From Bacteroidales bacterium (lineage in GTDB: Bacteria > Bacteroidota > Bacteroidia > Bacteroidales > VadinHA17): a DNA stretch of 59,653 nucleotides. Numbering within the stretch: position 1 is the stretch's first letter; each line of letters starts with the position of its first letter. The stretch covers positions 1 through 59,653 of the forward strand of contig DAONXX010000003.1 of assembly GCA_035414025.1 (NCBI GenBank). The letters run 5' to 3'. Under the pieces are notes generated by a model, which had not been told where the DNA came from, did no database searches, and saw only the letters and a list, made by a program, of their open reading frames with translations. Below are positions 56,943-59,653 of this stretch, piece by piece. Position numbers and translations under genes: made by a program.

Positions 56943-57177
56943 CTTATTTCCTGTAACTCAGGCAGGAAAATTATCTAAGGTGAATTACAGGGCCATTTAT
57001 ATTATCTGGTGTCCGGTTTACTATAAGGCAAGGCAGCAGGTTTGGAACTTGATTGCTTTTCCGGAAAGCTTATCAAGAGGCTGATAATATTTTTCCCAGA
57101 TTCCAGAAAAATCTTAAATTGAGTGCAGCATAAAATTATTACTCCCGTCTTTTGATCAGATTATAAGATTACAAGGA

Positions 57178-57786
57178 GTGGGTGCAGCATCTCATATAAA
57201 ACAAAGCCTGAATGTTAAGATGGCAAATGTAGAAGCAGCATTCAAGAATTTACATCAGGACCTTCTAGACAGATGTAAAGATGGCGACCGGAAAGCACAG
57301 TTCCAGATCTATAAGTTATACTACAAAGCGATGTATAACACGAGTCTGAGGATTGTTAATAACTCTATGGAAGCTGAAGACATAATGCAGGAATCATTCC
57401 TGGCGGCCTTTGAAAAAATTGACATGTACTCAGGAACGGTGAGCTTTGGGGCCTGGTTAAAAAGAATTGTTATCAACAGATCGCTCGATGCGCTGAGCAG
57501 AAGGAAAGTGATCTTTGAAGATATTGAATCACATACCGGCATAAGTGATGACTATACCCATGATGCTGAAAGGAACGAGGAGATCAACTCTAAGATAGTG
57601 AAGATAAAAGAAGCTATAGAGAAACTACCTGATGGTTACAGAATTATCCTTTCACTTTACCTGCTGGAAGGATATGATCATGATGAAATAGCTGAAATTC
57701 TCAAAATATCAAGCAGCACATCAAGATCTCAACTCTCAAGAGCCAGGCAGAAACTAATAAGTGCTTTAAAAGATGAAATGAATTAA
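57178..57786 (+). CDS. ECF-type RNA polymerase sigma-70 factor
   Basis: Region 2 (IMQESFLAAFEKI, WLKRIVINRSLD) and region 4 (YRIILSLYLLEGYDHDEIAEILKISSSTSRSQLSRARQKL) are present. The ORF-track start is GTG at 57178; the ATG at 57220 (MANVEAAF) is more likely. Confidence 0.85.
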   Translation: MGAASHIKQSLNVKMANVEAAFKNLHQDLLDRCKDGDRKAQFQIYKLYYKAMYNTSLRIVNNSMEAEDIMQESFLAAFEKIDMYSGTVSFGAWLKRIVINRSLDALSRRKVIFEDIESHTGISDDYTHDAERNEEINSKIVKIKEAIEKLPDGYRIILSLYLLEGYDHDEIAEILKISSSTSRSQLSRARQKLISALKDEMN

Positions 57787-57790
57787 GGAA

Positions 57791-58345
57791 ATGAAAACAA
57801 TAGATGAATTGATAAGAATAAACAGAGATTTCTTTGATGACAGGGAGCCACCTGAGGGTCATATGGAAAGGTTCAGTAGCAAACTTGAAGCCAGGTTCAA
57901 GCCTTCCAGAAGCATAGTACCATATCTGCTTAAAACTGCTGTGGCAACTCTGCTTATAAGCCTCTCATCGCTATGGATATGGGAACATTTCATAAGACCA
58001 GACAGGGACCGGATGTCTCTAAGTGATGTTTCTCCCCAGTATAAAGAAGTAGAGAACTATTATATCTATCAGGTCAATATGATGGAAAACGAAATAGGAA
58101 CATTTGATATTGCCGGAAATCCCGAACAGATTGAAGTGTTGATGAAAGAGATCAGAAGCATGGATTCAGTATATGTCCATCTTCAGAAAGAACTTAAGGC
58201 AAACCCCGGTGATGAAAGAATCACAAATGCAATGATTAAACACTACCAGACTAAAATTGAAGTTATGAGCTTTATTGTAAATCAGCTGCAAACTATAAAG
58301 AATGAAAAATCAAAATCCACACAAAATGAAGGAACAAGCATATAA
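57791..58345 (+). CDS. Putative anti-sigma factor (single-pass membrane protein)
   Basis: 184-aa ORF starting 4 nt after the sigma gene. One TM helix (LLKTAVATLLISLSSLWIW). Assignment rests on position and topology only. Confidence 0.5.
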   Translation: MKTIDELIRINRDFFDDREPPEGHMERFSSKLEARFKPSRSIVPYLLKTAVATLLISLSSLWIWEHFIRPDRDRMSLSDVSPQYKEVENYYIYQVNMMENEIGTFDIAGNPEQIEVLMKEIRSMDSVYVHLQKELKANPGDERITNAMIKHYQTKIEVMSFIVNQLQTIKNEKSKSTQNEGTSI

Positions 58346-59405
58346 TCCCAGAGTGCTCCTCCTGTTTTCACTGTTATTCTTCTCCTTTGCATTATCAGCT
58401 CAGGAGCTTAAGAAGGAATATCACGAGGAGTATAATGTTACGATAGGCACAACGCTTGACCTTAATAACAGATACGGCAACATCATCGTGGAAACATCTG
58501 AGACAGATCAGGTTGTTGTAGATGTTAAAGTCACGCTCCTAATGCCAAACAAAGAAAGAGCAGAACGATTGCTCAGCTATATCAATGTATACTTCTCAAG
58601 GAAGGGGAACACTATCGCCGTAAAAACTGATATAGATAATAAATTCAGCTTTTCCGGCTGGAACTCAAACACCCGGAGATTCTCTATTGATTACAAGGTG
58701 AAAATGCCCGTATGGCTGAATCTTACTCTGGCAAACACGTATGGAAATACCGACCTCGATAATATTGACGGCCAGGTTGACCTTAATATCAAATACGGCA
58801 ATCTGAAAGCCCTTAAATTTAGCAGAGGAGATGAAAAACCAATAAACACAATCGTTCTGGCTTACGGAAAAGGGACTGTTGAAGAAGCAGGATGGCTTGA
58901 TCTCAATCTCAGGTACTGCAGTAGTTTTATTCTGGACAATAACCAGGCTCTCCTTCTCGACAGCAGATATTCAAAACTACAGATCGGAAATACAAGTTCT
59001 GTTGTTGCAGAAACAAAATATGATAATATCAGAATTGACAGGATAAATAACCTGGTGCTAAATGCCGGTTATACAGACATGAATATCGGGACACTTGTAA
59101 AGAAACTTGAATTTAAAGGAGAATACGGATCATTCAATATTGACAGAGTACCTTCAGGATTTGAATCAATTGAGACTAGCTCACGTTACTCCGGAGTAAG
59201 GATAGGCATAGAAGAAACAGCAAACTACGATCTTGAAGCCGAAGTGTCTTACTCAAGATTAAATTACAATGAAAAAGATTTCCAAAACAGAAAAAGAATT
59301 GTAGAAAATAATTCAACTGAGGTAAGCGGGATAGTCGGCAAAGACACTTCCCCTTCATCATTCGTAAAAGTAAAAGCCTCATACGGTTCAGTCAGATTAA
59401 ACTAA
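58302..59405 (+). CDS. Secreted DUF4097-like beta-strand-repeat protein (LiaG-like putative adhesin fold)
   Basis: The likely start is the ATG at 58326, giving signal peptide LLLFSLLFFSFALSAQ. Repeated ...YGN(I/T/L)... beta-strand units (RYGNIIVE, TYGNTDLD, KYGNLKAL, EYGSFNID, SYGSVRLN). Overlaps the anti-sigma gene end. Confidence 0.55.
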   Translation: MKNQNPHKMKEQAYNPRVLLLFSLLFFSFALSAQELKKEYHEEYNVTIGTTLDLNNRYGNIIVETSETDQVVVDVKVTLLMPNKERAERLLSYINVYFSRKGNTIAVKTDIDNKFSFSGWNSNTRRFSIDYKVKMPVWLNLTLANTYGNTDLDNIDGQVDLNIKYGNLKALKFSRGDEKPINTIVLAYGKGTVEEAGWLDLNLRYCSSFILDNNQALLLDSRYSKLQIGNTSSVVAETKYDNIRIDRINNLVLNAGYTDMNIGTLVKKLEFKGEYGSFNIDRVPSGFESIETSSRYSGVRIGIEETANYDLEAEVSYSRLNYNEKDFQNRKRIVENNSTEVSGIVGKDTSPSSFVKVKASYGSVRLN

Positions 59406-59417
59406 ATATTGCAAAAA

Positions 59418-59653
59418 ATGATACAAATTGAAAAACCAACAGAAGAAAAATTATTGAAACTTGATGTCAGATCATGGCCAATATGGGAAAAGGAAGAATC
59501 GGAATTTCCCTGGTTCTATGATGAAACTGAAACTTGTTACCTCCTTGAAGGTGAAGTGACTGTCACTCCTGAAAACGGCACGCCTGTAAGTTTTAAAAAA
59601 GGTGATCTGGTTATCTTTGATAAGGGTTTAAGGTGTAACTGGAATGTAACTAA
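59418..59653 (+). CDS. Cupin-fold protein (DUF861-like), 3'-truncated by the window edge
   Basis: Read directly from the sequence and absent from the ORF track because no stop codon is reached. Translation: MIQIEKPTEEKLLKLDVRSWPIWEKEESEFPWFYDETETCYLLEGEVTVTPENGTPVSFKKGDLVIFDKGLRCNWNVT. Confidence 0.6.
   Translation, partial: MIQIEKPTEEKLLKLDVRSWPIWEKEESEFPWFYDETETCYLLEGEVTVTPENGTPVSFKKGDLVIFDKGLRCNWNVT

Noticed and set aside
56880-56978. 32-aa ORF MFIRELFKNITRASAVMFFIFLISCNSGRKII, which looks like a lipoprotein signal peptide with almost no mature part.
   Set aside because: It coincides with the rocD terminator hairpin and T-tract, which generates the hydrophobic Phe/Ile run. It is too short to be a functional lipoprotein and is at best a gene remnant.
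57044-57150. ECF-type promoter elements GGAAC (57044) and CGTC (57146) upstream of the sigma factor gene.
   Set aside because: The two elements are ~100 nt apart instead of the ~16-17 nt spacing required, so they do not form a promoter.
1-59653. Searched by eye for CRISPR-like spaced repeats, transposase/integrase/recombinase genes, phage genes, toxin-antitoxin pairs, reverse transcriptases, and attachment-site repeats next to the tRNA-Leu genes.
   Set aside because: None was found. Every ORF over ~200 aa except one (18913-20685) could be assigned to a housekeeping or envelope family. This is a visual inspection only, with no repeat-finding computation.

Overview
This window reads as a core chromosomal segment of a Bacteroidota genome. 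The evidence is a Por/T9SS C-terminal sorting domain, many TAnnTTTG -7 promoter boxes, almost no Shine-Dalgarno sites, and roughly 40-45% GC in the coding lines I counted by hand.

It is densely packed with housekeeping genes:
- Replication and repair: dnaX, dnaA, recF with a DUF721/DciA-like gene, and an AddA-like/AddB-like helicase-nuclease pair.
- Translation: rpsF-rpsR-rplI, thrS-infC-rpmI-rplT, trmD, mnmA, and two tandem tRNA-Leu genes.
- Envelope: an LptD-like protein, an amidase with a SPOR domain, MlaD, lepB, and an AmgK/MurU/NagZ-type peptidoglycan salvage cluster.
- Lysine and polyamine metabolism: lysC-lysA, dapB, carboxynorspermidine dehydrogenase/decarboxylase, and rocD.
- Transporters: TrkH, AGCS and NSS.
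- An ECF sigma / anti-sigma / DUF4097 module.

I found no CRISPR array, transposase, integrase, phage genes or obvious defence island. The observations most worth follow-up are:
1. An A10 slippery run containing A AAA AAG inside dnaX. Stop codons follow immediately in both alternative frames, which predicts a tau/gamma split.
2. A TIGR01212-type radical SAM gene wedged, with start/stop coupling, between the AddA-like and AddB-like genes.
3. A 590-aa orphan protein with a possible transglutaminase-like Cys-His core.
4. infC has no canonical in-frame start codon. Perfect AGGAGG boxes with identical 8-nt spacing occur only at rpsR, rplI and infC.
5. A GH3(NagZ)-serine hydrolase fusion divergent from amgK-murU.

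All family assignments come from motif recognition by eye. No database search was run.
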